This document shows positions 15,075 to 25,243 of a DNA stretch of 27,956 nucleotides, in pieces; positions within the stretch are counted from its first letter, which is position 1, and each line of letters opens with the position of its first letter. The translations under genes were made by a program, and so were the position numbers. Source of the stretch: Schleiferiaceae bacterium (GTDB taxonomy: Bacteria; Bacteroidota; Bacteroidia; Flavobacteriales; Schleiferiaceae); NCBI GenBank assembly GCA_044352085.1, contig JBILEM010000001.1, positions 1-27,956 of the forward strand, given 5' to 3'. The notes under the pieces are model-generated. The model was given only the letters and a program-made list of their open reading frames with translations. It was not told the origin of the DNA and made no database searches.

Positions 15075-17738
15075 ATGGACGAAAACTTTTCTGCACGAGT
15101 CAAAGATGTCATTGGGTACAGCAAGGAAGAAGCCTTGCGCTTGGGCCACGATGCCATCGGAACAGAGCACTTGGTACTGGGCCTGCTGCGCGAAGGCGAA
15201 GGCTCGGCCATAGAGCTGCTGCAAGAACTCAACGTCGACTTTTTAACGCTTCGCCAAAAAGTGGAGAGCCTCTCTGCCTTGCCAGAGAGCCCCAGTCCCT
15301 TGCGCAAAAATATTCCCCTCACCCGGCAGGCTGAGAAAGCCCTGAAAACCACCTTTTTAGAGGCTAAATTATACGGCAGCCCGACGATACGAACGGCTCA
15401 TCTCCTGCTCTGCATCCTCCGGAACGACAACGATCCGGTTACGAGTACGTTCAGGAAGCTGGGCGTTGAATACGACAACGTCAAGCAGGCGTACCAAAAC
15501 AAATTCAGCACAGACAGCCGGTCCGAAGGCCCCCGCAACGAATCCTCTTTTGGCGACGACGACGACGATTCCCCTCTGGCCACAGGACCGGGCTCCCCTT
15601 CCCCTTCCCGACCCAAATCCTCCGACACAAAAAGCAAGACCCCGGTTTTGGATAATTTTGGCAGGGATTTGACAAAATTGGCAGAAGACGGCAAATTGGA
15701 CCCGGTGGTCGGTCGCGAAAAAGAAATCGAGCGCGTTAGCCAAATTTTGTCTCGCCGGAAAAAGAACAACCCCCTCCTGATTGGAGAACCGGGAGTTGGA
15801 AAATCGGCCATTGCAGAAGGATTGGCTTTGCGCATTGTCAAAAAGAAAGTGAGCCGTGCCCTCTTTGGCAAGCGGGTCATCACCTTGGACCTGGCTTCCT
15901 TGGTGGCAGGAACCAAATACCGCGGTCAATTTGAGGAGCGCATGAAAGCGCTTATGAACGAACTGGAGAAGAACGACGACATCATTCTCTTCATTGACGA
16001 ACTCCACACCATTGTAGGCGCCGGAGGGGCAACGGGTTCCTTGGACGCGAGCAACATGTTCAAACCGGCCTTGGCCCGTGGAGAAATCCAATGCATTGGG
16101 GCTACTACCTTGGACGAGTACCGGCAGTACATCGAAAAAGACGGCGCCCTGGAACGTCGGTTCCAAAAGGTTTTGGTGGACCCTCCCACCCCGGAGGAGA
16201 CGCTGCAAATCCTGAATAACATTAAAGATAAGTACGAAGAGCACCACCATGTTTCCTACACACAGGAAGCCTTGGAAGCCTGTGTGCGCTTGACTTCGCG
16301 TTACATAACCGACCGCCACCTCCCCGACAAAGCCATTGATGCTTTGGACGAAGCTGGATCTCGCGTTCACCTTTCTTCCATTGTGGTCCCCCCGAATTTG
16401 GCGGAGTTGGAAGGAAAACTCGATGCCATCCGTTTGGAGAAAATCGAAGTGGTCAAAAAACAGCGCTACGAAGAAGCCGCTCGGTTGCGGGACGTAGAAA
16501 AAAACATCGAAACCGAGCTCGCTGCCGCACAAGCCGCCTGGGACGAGGAGGTAAAATTGCACCGAACTCCGGTTACCGAAGAAGAAGTGGCAGATGTGGT
16601 AGCCATGATGACAGGGATTCCGGTTCAGCGCGTTGCTCAAGCAGAATTGGACAAGCTGGCCCATTTGGAAGCCGAATTGTCCAGCCGCGTGGTGGGACAA
16701 GAGGCCGCTGTGCGGAAAGTGGTGCGGGCCATTCAACGGAACCGGGCCGGTCTCAAAGATCCCAACAAACCCATTGGTTCCTTTATCTTTTTAGGCCCAA
16801 CCGGTGTAGGTAAAACCCAGTTAGCCAAAGAGTTGGCCAAGGTTTTATTTGACTCAACCGATAACCTGATTCGCATCGACATGAGCGAATACATGGAGAA
16901 ATTCGCCATTTCGCGGTTGGTCGGGGCGCCTCCGGGCTATGTGGGCTACGAAGAAGGCGGTCAATTGACCGAAAAAGTCCGCCGAAAGCCCTATTCTGTC
17001 GTCTTGTTGGACGAAATCGAGAAAGCCCATCCCGATTTATTCAATTTGCTTTTGCAAGCGTTGGACGAAGGCCATTTGACGGACAGCATGGGCCGGAAAG
17101 TGGACTTCAAAAACACCTTGATCATCCTGACTTCCAACATTGGATCGCGTCAGTTGACGGATTTTGGTTCTGGGGTGGGATTTGGCACGTCCAACCGCAC
17201 CGAAAAGAAAGAAGAAATCGAAAAATCGGTTATCGACGGCGCACTGCGCAAGGCTTTTGCCCCAGAGTTCTTAAACCGGATTGACGACGTCATCGTGTTC
17301 AACACCCTGGAAAAAGAAGACCTTGCCAAAATCATTCGCATTGAACTGACGGCTTTGTTTGCCCGGATGGCTGGATTGGGGTATCCCTTGACGCTCTCGG
17401 ATGCTGCCATCGATTTCTTGGCAGAACGTGGATTTGATCCCAAATTTGGTGCACGTCCCTTGGCTCGGTCCATCCAAAAATACGTGGAAGATCCGCTGGC
17501 CGAGGCCATCGTGAGTGGACAGGTACACACGGGTGACTCGGTGCACATGGAAGGGCCTAATGAAGCCGGAGATGCATTGGTGTATACCGTTCAGCCTGCG
17601 GCGGTTTTGGAGGACAAATCTTCCGAAAAGAAGGAGTCCAAAAGTTCCAAGGGCTTGAATGCAGCAAACAAAACGGAAGAGCCGGATCCCAACGCGTTGA
17701 GCGAGACCGGTTCCAATGATGTGCTAGAGGGAAATTAA
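15075..17738 (+). CDS. clpC: ATP-dependent Clp protease ATP-binding subunit ClpC
   Basis: Clp-N repeats, Walker A motifs GEPGVGKS and [18 protein letters not shown]-type M domain ([12 protein letters not shown]), APEFLNRID. Start set to [13 protein letters not shown] (ATG 15075). Confidence 0.96.
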   Translation: MDENFSARVKDVIGYSKEEALRLGHDAIGTEHLVLGLLREGEGSAIELLQELNVDFLTLRQKVESLSALPESPSPLRKNIPLTRQAEKALKTTFLEAKLYGSPTIRTAHLLLCILRNDNDPVTSTFRKLGVEYDNVKQAYQNKFSTDSRSEGPRNESSFGDDDDDSPLATGPGSPSPSRPKSSDTKSKTPVLDNFGRDLTKLAEDGKLDPVVGREKEIERVSQILSRRKKNNPLLIGEPGVGKSAIAEGLALRIVKKKVSRALFGKRVITLDLASLVAGTKYRGQFEERMKALMNELEKNDDIILFIDELHTIVGAGGATGSLDASNMFKPALARGEIQCIGATTLDEYRQYIEKDGALERRFQKVLVDPPTPEETLQILNNIKDKYEEHHHVSYTQEALEACVRLTSRYITDRHLPDKAIDALDEAGSRVHLSSIVVPPNLAELEGKLDAIRLEKIEVVKKQRYEEAARLRDVEKNIETELAAAQAAWDEEVKLHRTPVTEEEVADVVAMMTGIPVQRVAQAELDKLAHLEAELSSRVVGQEAAVRKVVRAIQRNRAGLKDPNKPIGSFIFLGPTGVGKTQLAKELAKVLFDSTDNLIRIDMSEYMEKFAISRLVGAPPGYVGYEEGGQLTEKVRRKPYSVVLLDEIEKAHPDLFNLLLQALDEGHLTDSMGRKVDFKNTLIILTSNIGSRQLTDFGSGVGFGTSNRTEKKEEIEKSVIDGALRKAFAPEFLNRIDDVIVFNTLEKEDLAKIIRIELTALFARMAGLGYPLTLSDAAIDFLAERGFDPKFGARPLARSIQKYVEDPLAEAIVSGQVHTGDSVHMEGPNEAGDALVYTVQPAAVLEDKSSEKKESKSSKGLNAANKTEEPDPNALSETGSNDVLEGN

Positions 17739-17996
17739 TCCCGGAATTCCTTCGGCTGCAGCGTACCGTTCCAAAACGGAATCGGGTGTAAGCATCATTT
17801 CTACTGCGGTGATGCTCACGAACTTACCGTTAGACGAAGGCCGTTGGCTCACCTCTGCTTGGCCGGTGTTGAATAAATTTTGGACCCGTGCAATGGCATC
17901 ATTTTCTGCCGGAACGATGAATTTAAACATGTATACGGTGGGCCATGTGTAGTTTTGTTCCAGTTGTACCCGCAGTTTGTCCCGATAGTTTTCCAT
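17724..17996 (-). CDS. DUF493 (YbeD-like) protein
   Basis: [35 protein letters not shown]. Start set to MENYRDKL (ATG 17996). Confidence 0.85.
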   Translation of the reverse strand: MENYRDKLRVQLEQNYTWPTVYMFKFIVPAENDAIARVQNLFNTGQAEVSQRPSSNGKFVSITAVEMMLTPDSVLERYAAAEGIPGLISL

Positions 17997-18570
17997 GAGC
18001 ACAAAGTTCCAACCAAATTCACCGATTATCCGCATTGCACTCTCCGGAGCTGCCGGCACCGGAAAAACCTCGCTGATTGACGCTTTGGAGCGTCGGGGTC
18101 ACTCGGTTTTTCACGAGTACAGCCGCCAACTGATCCAGGAGTCGTTGGCAATGGGTTCGGATGTCCTGCCTTGGGACAATTTGGACGCTTTTACAGAAGC
18201 CGTTTTAGCTACCCGCTGGCAGCATTATTGCGCGGCCGAAGGGGGAAATGCGGCGGTTTTTTACGACCGCTCTCCCATGGATGCCTTGGCATATTACGGT
18301 CCGGACCCCAGCAGTTGGCATTCGGACTGGATGGCGGTGTGCGAACGTTCGGTGTATTCTCGGGTCTTTATTACCCCACCGTGGCGCGAAATTTATACCG
18401 TGGACCAAGAACGGTGGGAAACCTTTGAACACGTAGAGGAGGTACATGCCCATTTGGTGGCTACGTACCGCCACTTTGGCTACGAACCTGTTTTGGTGCC
18501 ATTTGGCACCTTGGAAGAACGGGTACATTTTATAGAATCCCATCTCGCACCGGAATCGGTCAAAGCGTAA
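17995..18570 (+). CDS. P-loop AAA_28/NadR-like ATPase or kinase
   Basis: Walker A GAAGTGKT, FYDRSPMDALAY, VFITPPWREIYTVDQERWE. Start uncertain. Confidence 0.85.
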   Translation: MSTKFQPNSPIIRIALSGAAGTGKTSLIDALERRGHSVFHEYSRQLIQESLAMGSDVLPWDNLDAFTEAVLATRWQHYCAAEGGNAAVFYDRSPMDALAYYGPDPSSWHSDWMAVCERSVYSRVFITPPWREIYTVDQERWETFEHVEEVHAHLVATYRHFGYEPVLVPFGTLEERVHFIESHLAPESVKA

Positions 18571-18582
18571 TTGCTCGTTGCC

Positions 18583-20454
18583 ATGGATCCGCTTTTAAAT
18601 GTACTGCACCAAGTTTGGGGATATCCGGACTTTCGGCCGCTGCAGCGGGACATTGCCGAATCCGTTCTTTCGGGAAAATCTACTGTAGCCCTGCTCCCTA
18701 CTGGGGGTGGAAAGTCGCTTTGTTTTCAAGTCCCCGGATTGGTTTTACCGGGATTGACCGTGGTCGTCTCTCCATTGGTGAGTTTGATGAACGACCAAGT
18801 TGAACGTCTGCAATCCTTGGGAATTGGGGCTGCCACTTTGCCCGCGGGCACGACGGAATCGGGCATCCAGACCGCTTTAGTGCAAGCCAAACAGGGAATA
18901 CTTCGCTTTTTGTACGTTTCTCCCGAACGGCTTCAAGCTGGGAATTTCATCGACAAAATTGCGCAAGCAGGGGTTTCCTTGATTGCTGTGGACGAAGCGC
19001 ATTGTGTATCGCAGTGGGGACATGACTTCCGGCCGTCGTTTTTGAAAATCAAAGAGCTTATGGCTGCTTTGCCCCACGTTCCCGTGATGGCGCTCACGGC
19101 TTCCGCAACGCCCGAAGTGCTGAAAGACATTTGCCTGCAATTGGGAATTTCTGAAGCGGCCATTTTTCGGCAAAGTTTTTACCGACCCAATTTGATTTTG
19201 GAAGTCCATTCTTCCGATCGACCGGATGCCGACGCGGCCTTGCTTCTGGCCAAGTCCGAAGGGGCCAACATTGTCTATGTGCGCAGCCGAAAGCAGGCCG
19301 AAGAAGGAGCAGCATCGTTAACGCGCCTAGGACTGCCCTCTGTGGCCTACCACGCCGGTTATGCCGCAGCGGACCGTGCCAAACGGCAACAAGGATGGAT
19401 GGCCGAGTCCCCTCCTACCATGGTGGCAACCACCGCATTCGGCATGGGAATCGACAAAAGCAACGTACGCACCGTCGTGCATTGGGACATGCCCGAAAGT
19501 CTGGAAGCCTACTACCAGGAAGTGGGGCGTGGAGGGCGCGACGGCGAAAAAGCCGTTGCAGCCTCTTTTTTTACGGCCAACAGTGTCCAGTCGCTTCGTC
19601 GGCGTGCCCAATCGCAGGAAATCCTGTGGGAAGAAGCAGGGGCTTTTTACTCCGTCGTAGCCAGTCAGGGCCAGGTGGCGGTGGGTCAGGGTTTGGTGCG
19701 CCATGCATTTGAACCCGAACGTGCCGCCAAAGTGCTTGGATGGCCCCTGGCGAAAGTGCTCGCCGCAGGCGCGTTCTTTGAACGAATGGGTTCCTTGACC
19801 TTTAGCGACGGTTGGGACCGTACCACCAAAGTTCGCATGCTGAAAATGGGGGCGGATTTGCTGGAAGCCTTGGACAACTTGCCCTGGGCAGAGAACTTGC
19901 TGTCGCACTTGGCTCGTCATTTCCCAGGCATCGGTCAAGTGGAACAGGCGGTATCCCTCCCGGACTTAGGAAGATCCACCGGCATGCAACCGCAACAAGT
20001 GGGTGAACTGTTGACGAAGCTCCAGGGGTATGGATTGGTCGATTACCGCCCCGCGCCCGCCAAGTCCCAGGTGGTTTGGAACCATTATCGGGAATCGGAA
20101 GGACATCTCCCGTTCCCCCGGGTCCGGTTGGAAGCGTGGTTGGACCGACAAAGAGAAAAACGCGCAGCGGTAGAGGCGTATTTTGCTTCCGAGGGCTGCC
20201 GCTTTCAAAACCTGCTCCACTATTTTGGGGAAACCGACACTTCCCCGTGTGGTAAATGCGACCGGTGCAAAACCCGATCGGAACGTACCTCGCGGGCCTT
20301 ATTAAAAAGACGCTTGGGCATGGGAGGGGTACTCCTTTCCGACTTGGTCGATGAATGGGCCGGAGTCGATGCAGACCACCTTCAATCCCTCTTGCAACAA
20401 GGGGTGGACGAAGGCTGGTGGAAACGCTCGAAAACAGGACATTATACCTTATAG
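18583..20454 (+). CDS. recQ: RecQ family ATP-dependent DNA helicase (no HRDC domain)
   Basis: FRPLQ, LPTGGGKSLCFQVP, VDEAHCVSQWGHDFRP, ATTAFGMGIDK, YYQEVGRGGRDG, Zn site CRF...CGKCDRC. Start ATG 18583. Confidence 0.95.
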   Translation: MDPLLNVLHQVWGYPDFRPLQRDIAESVLSGKSTVALLPTGGGKSLCFQVPGLVLPGLTVVVSPLVSLMNDQVERLQSLGIGAATLPAGTTESGIQTALVQAKQGILRFLYVSPERLQAGNFIDKIAQAGVSLIAVDEAHCVSQWGHDFRPSFLKIKELMAALPHVPVMALTASATPEVLKDICLQLGISEAAIFRQSFYRPNLILEVHSSDRPDADAALLLAKSEGANIVYVRSRKQAEEGAASLTRLGLPSVAYHAGYAAADRAKRQQGWMAESPPTMVATTAFGMGIDKSNVRTVVHWDMPESLEAYYQEVGRGGRDGEKAVAASFFTANSVQSLRRRAQSQEILWEEAGAFYSVVASQGQVAVGQGLVRHAFEPERAAKVLGWPLAKVLAAGAFFERMGSLTFSDGWDRTTKVRMLKMGADLLEALDNLPWAENLLSHLARHFPGIGQVEQAVSLPDLGRSTGMQPQQVGELLTKLQGYGLVDYRPAPAKSQVVWNHYRESEGHLPFPRVRLEAWLDRQREKRAAVEAYFASEGCRFQNLLHYFGETDTSPCGKCDRCKTRSERTSRALLKRRLGMGGVLLSDLVDEWAGVDADHLQSLLQQGVDEGWWKRSKTGHYTL

Positions 20455-20455
20455 C

Positions 20456-21388
20456 ATGCGCATTGTATTTTTTGGAACCCCCGAATTTGCCGTTGAAACC
20501 GCATCGGCCATTTACGCTTCCACCCGGCACACGGTAGTGGGTGTCGTTACGGCCCCCGATCGTCCTGCGGGCCGTGGGCTAAAACTACGTTGTTCACCCG
20601 TAAAGGAATGGGCACTCTCCCAGAACCTTCCCTTGGAACAACCCGATTCGCTGCGAAGCGAAGCCTTTTTGGCCCGATTGGACGAATGGAAAGGGGATTG
20701 TTTTGTGGTAGTCGCCTTTCGTATGCTGCCCAAAGTGGTTTGGTCTCGGCCTAGTCATGGAACCTTCAATGTGCATGCTTCCCTCCTCCCCGACTTCCGT
20801 GGTGCCGCCCCCATCCATTGGGCCATCTATCGGGGGGTCTCCAAAACAGGGGTCACCACCTTCTTGCTGGACGATAAAATCGATACAGGTGCCGTATTGC
20901 TGCAGACTGAAACGGCTATTTCCCAAGACGAAACCACGGGTGAATTGTACGAACGTCTGCAAAAAATGGGCGCGAAACTGGCTTTGATGACCCTTGACGG
21001 TCTGGAAGATCAAAAAATTATCCCCGCCCCGCAGACCCGAGAACCCCTTTATGACGCTCCGAAAATAACCCGAGAGCATCAGTTTATACCCGCGAAAGCC
21101 AATGCCTTGGAGCAGTACCGCGCCTTCCGCTCCATGACCCCCTTCCCAGGCTCATTATGTCGAATATTAATTGATGAAGTTATTGAATTTAAAATAGTTA
21201 AATGCAATTATTTAAATTCATACAACAAAGAAATTATCGGTCATTGCATTGCCAGCGATCGGTGGTTTGTAGCCGGTCCAAATGGCGCTTTGGAACTGCT
21301 TGAGCTTCAGTGGCCCGGTAAGCGAGCCATGAGCGTTAAGGACTTTCTACGCGGAACGCATTTGAAGGGATATTATGAAATTGTGTAA
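20456..21388 (+). CDS. fmt: Methionyl-tRNA formyltransferase
   Basis: MRIVFFGTPEFA, VVTAPDRPAGRG, FNVHASLLPDFRGAAPIHWAI, GKRAM. Start ATG 20456, 1 nt after the recQ stop. Confidence 0.96.
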   Translation: MRIVFFGTPEFAVETASAIYASTRHTVVGVVTAPDRPAGRGLKLRCSPVKEWALSQNLPLEQPDSLRSEAFLARLDEWKGDCFVVVAFRMLPKVVWSRPSHGTFNVHASLLPDFRGAAPIHWAIYRGVSKTGVTTFLLDDKIDTGAVLLQTETAISQDETTGELYERLQKMGAKLALMTLDGLEDQKIIPAPQTREPLYDAPKITREHQFIPAKANALEQYRAFRSMTPFPGSLCRILIDEVIEFKIVKCNYLNSYNKEIIGHCIASDRWFVAGPNGALELLELQWPGKRAMSVKDFLRGTHLKGYYEIV

Positions 21389-21403
21389 AATCAACACAAA
21401 TGG

Positions 21404-21433
21404 TTGCACGGATTGAGGAAACGTCTATATTTG
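21404..21433 (+). promoter_or_regulatory. hup promoter: TTG-N19-TATATTTG
   Basis: Exact Bacteroidota -33/-7 architecture: TTG 21404-21406 and TATATTTG 21426-21433. Confidence 0.8.
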
Positions 21434-21474
21434 TGAGTGTGTGAACGAACTATTAACTCAAAAATCACCTCAAG

Positions 21475-21744
21475 ATGAACAAAGCAGAACTCATTGATGC
21501 CATTGCTGCAGAAGCAGGAATCACCAAGACCCAAGCAAAAAGTGCCTTGGAAGCCATGACTGGTAGTGTAGCCAACACTTTGGCTGGCGGTGGTCGTGTT
21601 TCTTTGGTAGGTTTCGGTACATTTTCTGTATCTAAGCGTGCTGCTCGTGAAGGCCGCAACCCACAGACCGGCAAGACCATCAAAATTGCTGCTAAAAACG
21701 TGGCTAAATTCAAGCCAGGAGCTGAATTGAGCGCCAAGCTGTAA
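21475..21744 (+). CDS. hup: DNA-binding protein HU
   Basis: MNKAELIDAIA, VSLVGFGTFSV, AREGRNPQTG, KFKPG. 89 aa. Confidence 0.97.
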   Translation: MNKAELIDAIAAEAGITKTQAKSALEAMTGSVANTLAGGGRVSLVGFGTFSVSKRAAREGRNPQTGKTIKIAAKNVAKFKPGAELSAKL

Positions 21745-21764
21745 TTCACCGCCACGGTAAAAGC

Positions 21765-21798
21765 AAAGGGCCGTCTCGAAAGAGACGGCCCTTTTTTT
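21765..21798. terminator. Bidirectional intrinsic terminator between hup and the Gfo/Idh/MocA gene
   Basis: AAAGGGCCGTCTC-gaaa-GAGACGGCCCTTT: perfect 13-bp stem, GAAA tetraloop, T7 tract. Confidence 0.92.
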
Positions 21799-21811
21799 GT
21801 TGCCTATCTCT

Positions 21812-22837
21812 TTATTTCGAGAACGACGAAAGTTGGTAGATGCGCTCGATGATATCCACCACCTTCATGCCTTCCAGGGCATTCGTACCGATGCTTGCAT
21901 TTCCGCGCAATACATCGATGCAGTTTTGGATCACAAAAGGGTGATTGAACGCAGAACCCTTGTACCCGCCGTAGTCGTTTGGTGGATTGCTAGGCAGCAA
22001 GGCGGGCATGGTATAGTTCTCCACGTGGCAGTGGACCACTTCGTTCATGTACTGACCGGCGATTTTTAAGCTTCCTTTTTCCGCAATGACGGTCAGCGAA
22101 CTTTCGAGGTTGGCATCCCACACACTGGTGGAGTAGTTCAAGGTTCCCATCCCTCCCCGCTCCAAACGGAAAACGACCGAACCGCTGTCTTCAAAGTCGA
22201 TGGAGTCCGCGTGGTTGAAATTGTCCAACTCAGCAAAAATCGGGTGGATGTCTCCAAAAACCCAGTACAAGATGTCTACAAAATGGCTAAACTGGGTAAA
22301 CAAGGTGCCTCCGTCCATGTCGCGGGTACCGTGCCACCCCCCGGGCTTGTAGTAGCGCTCGTCGCGGTTCCAAAAGCAATTGAGGTGCACTTGGTAGATG
22401 TCCCCCAATGCTCCGGACTGCACCAAGGACTTCAGCCATTCCGAAGGGGGCGAATACCGATTTTGCATAACTGCAAATACCCGCTTTCCTTTGGACAAGG
22501 CGGTGTGCAGCACTTTCTCTGCATCCGACTTGGTTAAGGCCAATGGCTTTTCAATGAGCACATGGTACCCCGCCTCCAACAGCGAAATAGCCTGTGCCGC
22601 ATGGCAGCCGTTTGGAGTGGCAATGTTCACCACGTCGGCCTGTATGCCTGCAGCTAAAAAGGCATCCAAGGAATCAAAATGGGGAACGGTCTCCGGGTGT
22701 TCCTCGGATGCGTTCGGGGCTCCCTTGGGGTCTACCGTCGCCACCAAGTGGGCTTGGTTGTGATTGAGGATGGTTTCTATGTGCCGAACTCCGATGCGAC
22801 CGCAGCCGACGACGGCAAATGTGATGCGATTTTCCAT
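21812..22837 (-). CDS. Gfo/Idh/MocA family oxidoreductase (WlbA/WbpB-like nucleotide-sugar dehydrogenase)
   Basis: AVVGCGRIG, VNIATPNGCH, VLIEKP, VMQNRY, WNRDERYY, GGTLFTQFSHFVD. ATG 22837 overlaps the pdxH stop (TAATG). Confidence 0.85.
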   Translation of the reverse strand: MENRITFAVVGCGRIGVRHIETILNHNQAHLVATVDPKGAPNASEEHPETVPHFDSLDAFLAAGIQADVVNIATPNGCHAAQAISLLEAGYHVLIEKPLALTKSDAEKVLHTALSKGKRVFAVMQNRYSPPSEWLKSLVQSGALGDIYQVHLNCFWNRDERYYKPGGWHGTRDMDGGTLFTQFSHFVDILYWVFGDIHPIFAELDNFNHADSIDFEDSGSVVFRLERGGMGTLNYSTSVWDANLESSLTVIAEKGSLKIAGQYMNEVVHCHVENYTMPALLPSNPPNDYGGYKGSAFNHPFVIQNCIDVLRGNASIGTNALEGMKVVDIIERIYQLSSFSK

Positions 22838-23475
22838 TAGGGATTGAGTCTTTGGGTGTTCCATTTATCAGGACCGTCGGGGATATAGATCATGCGGTCG
22901 TGGAGGCGGCTGGCTCTCCCCTGCCAAAATTCCCAACGCGTGGGAACGACGCGGTAGCCCCCCCAATGGGCAGGTCGGTTTATTTTCTTGCCGCGGGCTT
23001 CTTCCAATACCGCAGCAAAACGCATTTCCAGTTCACAACGGTCTTCAAGGCGTTCGCTTTGTGCGGATACTACGGCACCCACTTGACTTTCCAGGGGGCG
23101 CGAATAGAAATAGGCGTCGTTTTCCTTGTCCGTCATAGGAATCGCGTGTCCCTCAACCCGAACCTGGCGTTCTTGGTTGGGCCAAAAGAACAACAATGCG
23201 ACGTTCGGATTCTGCTCAATGGCGCATCCCTTAGCGCTTTGGTAATTGGTGTAAAACTCAAAACCGCCTGGGGTAAGTCCTTTTAGAAGTACCACCCGCG
23301 ACTGGGGTTGACCGTTGTCTACGGTTGACAAAACCATGGCCGTTGCATCCACAGGGGTAATGGCCCGGTGGGACGCAAACCATGTTTCAAACAAGTCAAA
23401 GGGAGATGCGGGCAGGTCTTTTTCCTCCAGCGCCCCGGCTTGGTAGTCTGTGCGGTCGTCTTGCAAGGTTTTCAT
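22837..23475 (-). CDS. pdxH: Pyridoxamine 5'-phosphate oxidase
   Basis: AMVLST, SRVVLLK, FYTNYQSAKG, ERQVRVEG, YFYSRP, RPAHWGGY, EFWQGRASRLHDR. ATG 23475 overlaps the upstream stop (ATGA). Confidence 0.96.
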   Translation of the reverse strand: MKTLQDDRTDYQAGALEEKDLPASPFDLFETWFASHRAITPVDATAMVLSTVDNGQPQSRVVLLKGLTPGGFEFYTNYQSAKGCAIEQNPNVALLFFWPNQERQVRVEGHAIPMTDKENDAYFYSRPLESQVGAVVSAQSERLEDRCELEMRFAAVLEEARGKKINRPAHWGGYRVVPTRWEFWQGRASRLHDRMIYIPDGPDKWNTQRLNP

Positions 23476-24341
23476 TCCCGATTCATCCAAGCCAATTCCA
23501 GGGATTTGGACTCCAGCAACGTGCGGAGTTCTGCCCCTTTTTGGCGTTTAAAGGCGGTTTGTTTGTAGTGCGACAGGGTTTGCAACCCCACAACGGCGTT
23601 GGTGAGCCACACTTCGTCGGCCCGTTGAATTTCAAAAGGAGAGCATACTTCTTCCCGAACGGTGAGTCCTACTTCTGCTGCTTGGCGGATGATTTGTTCG
23701 CGCAAAATTCCCCGGACGCATCCAGCAGAAAGCGGCGCTGTAACCAGTTCGTCACCAAAAAGCAGGAACAAGTTGGATTTCCCCCCTTCCAAGAGTCGGT
23801 TATCCGGCGTTACCACCAACGATTCCTGGGCATCCGATTCCAAAGCGAACCGTTCGGCCTGTACATACAAAAAGGAATGGGGCCCTTTCAAGCCGGCCAG
23901 CGCACCCGGTGCCTTGGTGAACTCTTTGAATACCACCGCAGTAAAGCTTTCCTTTTCCTGATAAGCAATGGTATTTAAGGGTGTTCCGGTGATGAAAAAG
24001 TCCACGTCATTCGAAAGACTGCCGTACCCGGCCTCCCCGCGTCGGTAAACATGAAAATGGATGCGTACATCGCAATCATTTGTGCTGTTGCGATTGGCTA
24101 CCTCCAGCAATAAATCAAGAAGGTATTCCGGGCTCCAAGCATCCGGAATGCGCAGCCGAAGCAGACGCATGCTGGACATGAGCCGGAAATAATGGGCTTC
24201 CCAATACCGAACACCGGAAGTACCAGCCGTCCTTACGGTTTCGAAAACCCCGTCTCCGTATAAGACCGCCCGATCAGAAACCGAAAAAACAGCATCCTGG
24301 GGGGATACCCACCGGTCGTTCCAAAGGGCCGTTCCGCCCAC
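23472..24341 (-). CDS. Class IV PLP-dependent aminotransferase (PabC/ADC lyase-like)
   Basis: YGDGVFET, HYFRL, PLP lysine in LAGLK, EGGKSNLF, TAPLSAGCVRGILR, DEVWLTNAV. Confidence 0.88.
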   Translation of the reverse strand: MGGTALWNDRWVSPQDAVFSVSDRAVLYGDGVFETVRTAGTSGVRYWEAHYFRLMSSMRLLRLRIPDAWSPEYLLDLLLEVANRNSTNDCDVRIHFHVYRRGEAGYGSLSNDVDFFITGTPLNTIAYQEKESFTAVVFKEFTKAPGALAGLKGPHSFLYVQAERFALESDAQESLVVTPDNRLLEGGKSNLFLLFGDELVTAPLSAGCVRGILREQIIRQAAEVGLTVREEVCSPFEIQRADEVWLTNAVVGLQTLSHYKQTAFKRQKGAELRTLLESKSLELAWMNRE

Positions 24342-24345
24342 TGGT

Positions 24346-25218
24346 TTACTTTTTCAGAATTTCGGCCATTTTTTGGCCAATTTCCGCGGGCGAATCCACC
24401 ACCTGCACCCCGCAGGCACGCAAGATGGCTTTCTTCGCTTGAGCGGTATCGTCGGCACCACCCACGATGGCCCCTGCGTGTCCCATGGTACGTCCTTTTG
24501 GAGCCGTTTCACCGGCAATAAAGCCTACAACGGGCTTGGTTCCATGGGCCTTGATCCACTCGCCGGCCAATGCCTCCAAGTTTCCGCCGATTTCTCCAAT
24601 CATGACAATGCCGTCGGTCTCGGGGTCGTTCATCAACAAGGCAACGGCCTCCTGGGTGGTGGTGCCAATAATGGGATCTCCACCAATGCCGATGGCCGTG
24701 GATACACCCAGACCCGCTTTGACAATTTGATCCGCAGCCTCGTACGTAAGCGTTCCCGACTTGGAAACGATTCCGATGCGGCCGGGCTTAAAAACAAAAC
24801 CAGGCATGATGCCTACTTTGGCCTCGCCTGCGGTGATTACACCGGGGCAGTTGGGACCAATCAAGGTGCAGCCACGCGCTTGAACGTATTTCTTGGCAGA
24901 AATCATGTCTTTTACCGGAATACCCTCCGTAATTGCAACAATCACGCGGATCCCTGCGTCGGCCGCTTCCATAATGGAATCGGCGGCGAATGCGGGCGGT
25001 ACAAATAAGATCGAAACGTCGGCTCCGGTGGAAGAAACAGCCTCCCCTACCGTGTTGAATACCGGACGATCCAGGTGGGTTTGACCGCCTTTACCGGGGG
25101 TTACCCCCCCTACCACGTGCGTGCCGTAGGCAATCATTTGTTCTGCGTGAAAAGTTCCCTCTTTACCGGTGAACCCTTGTACAATGACTTTGGAATGCTT
25201 GTTGACGAGAACGCTCAT
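24346..25218 (-). CDS. sucD: Succinate--CoA ligase alpha subunit
   Basis: QGFTGKEGTFH, GVTPGKGG, IGPNCPG, SKSGTLTYEA, GIGGDP, phospho-His MGHAGAI. Confidence 0.98.
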   Translation of the reverse strand: MSVLVNKHSKVIVQGFTGKEGTFHAEQMIAYGTHVVGGVTPGKGGQTHLDRPVFNTVGEAVSSTGADVSILFVPPAFAADSIMEAADAGIRVIVAITEGIPVKDMISAKKYVQARGCTLIGPNCPGVITAGEAKVGIMPGFVFKPGRIGIVSKSGTLTYEAADQIVKAGLGVSTAIGIGGDPIIGTTTQEAVALLMNDPETDGIVMIGEIGGNLEALAGEWIKAHGTKPVVGFIAGETAPKGRTMGHAGAIVGGADDTAQAKKAILRACGVQVVDSPAEIGQKMAEILKK

Positions 25219-25243
25219 GGGATATGTGTGTTGTTAGCGGGCA

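Noticed and set aside
15555-15569. (GAC)4GAT repeat in clpC
   Set aside because: Encodes an ordinary acidic linker between the N-domain and AAA1.
15369-16736. 455-aa ORF antisense to clpC
   Set aside because: Antisense shadow of a highly conserved gene with no independent motif, promoter or start signal.
21155-21165. TTATGTCGAAT, a 9/11 match to the XerD arm (possible second dif)
   Set aside because: No CATAA-type XerC arm at the correct spacing, and it lies inside fmt.
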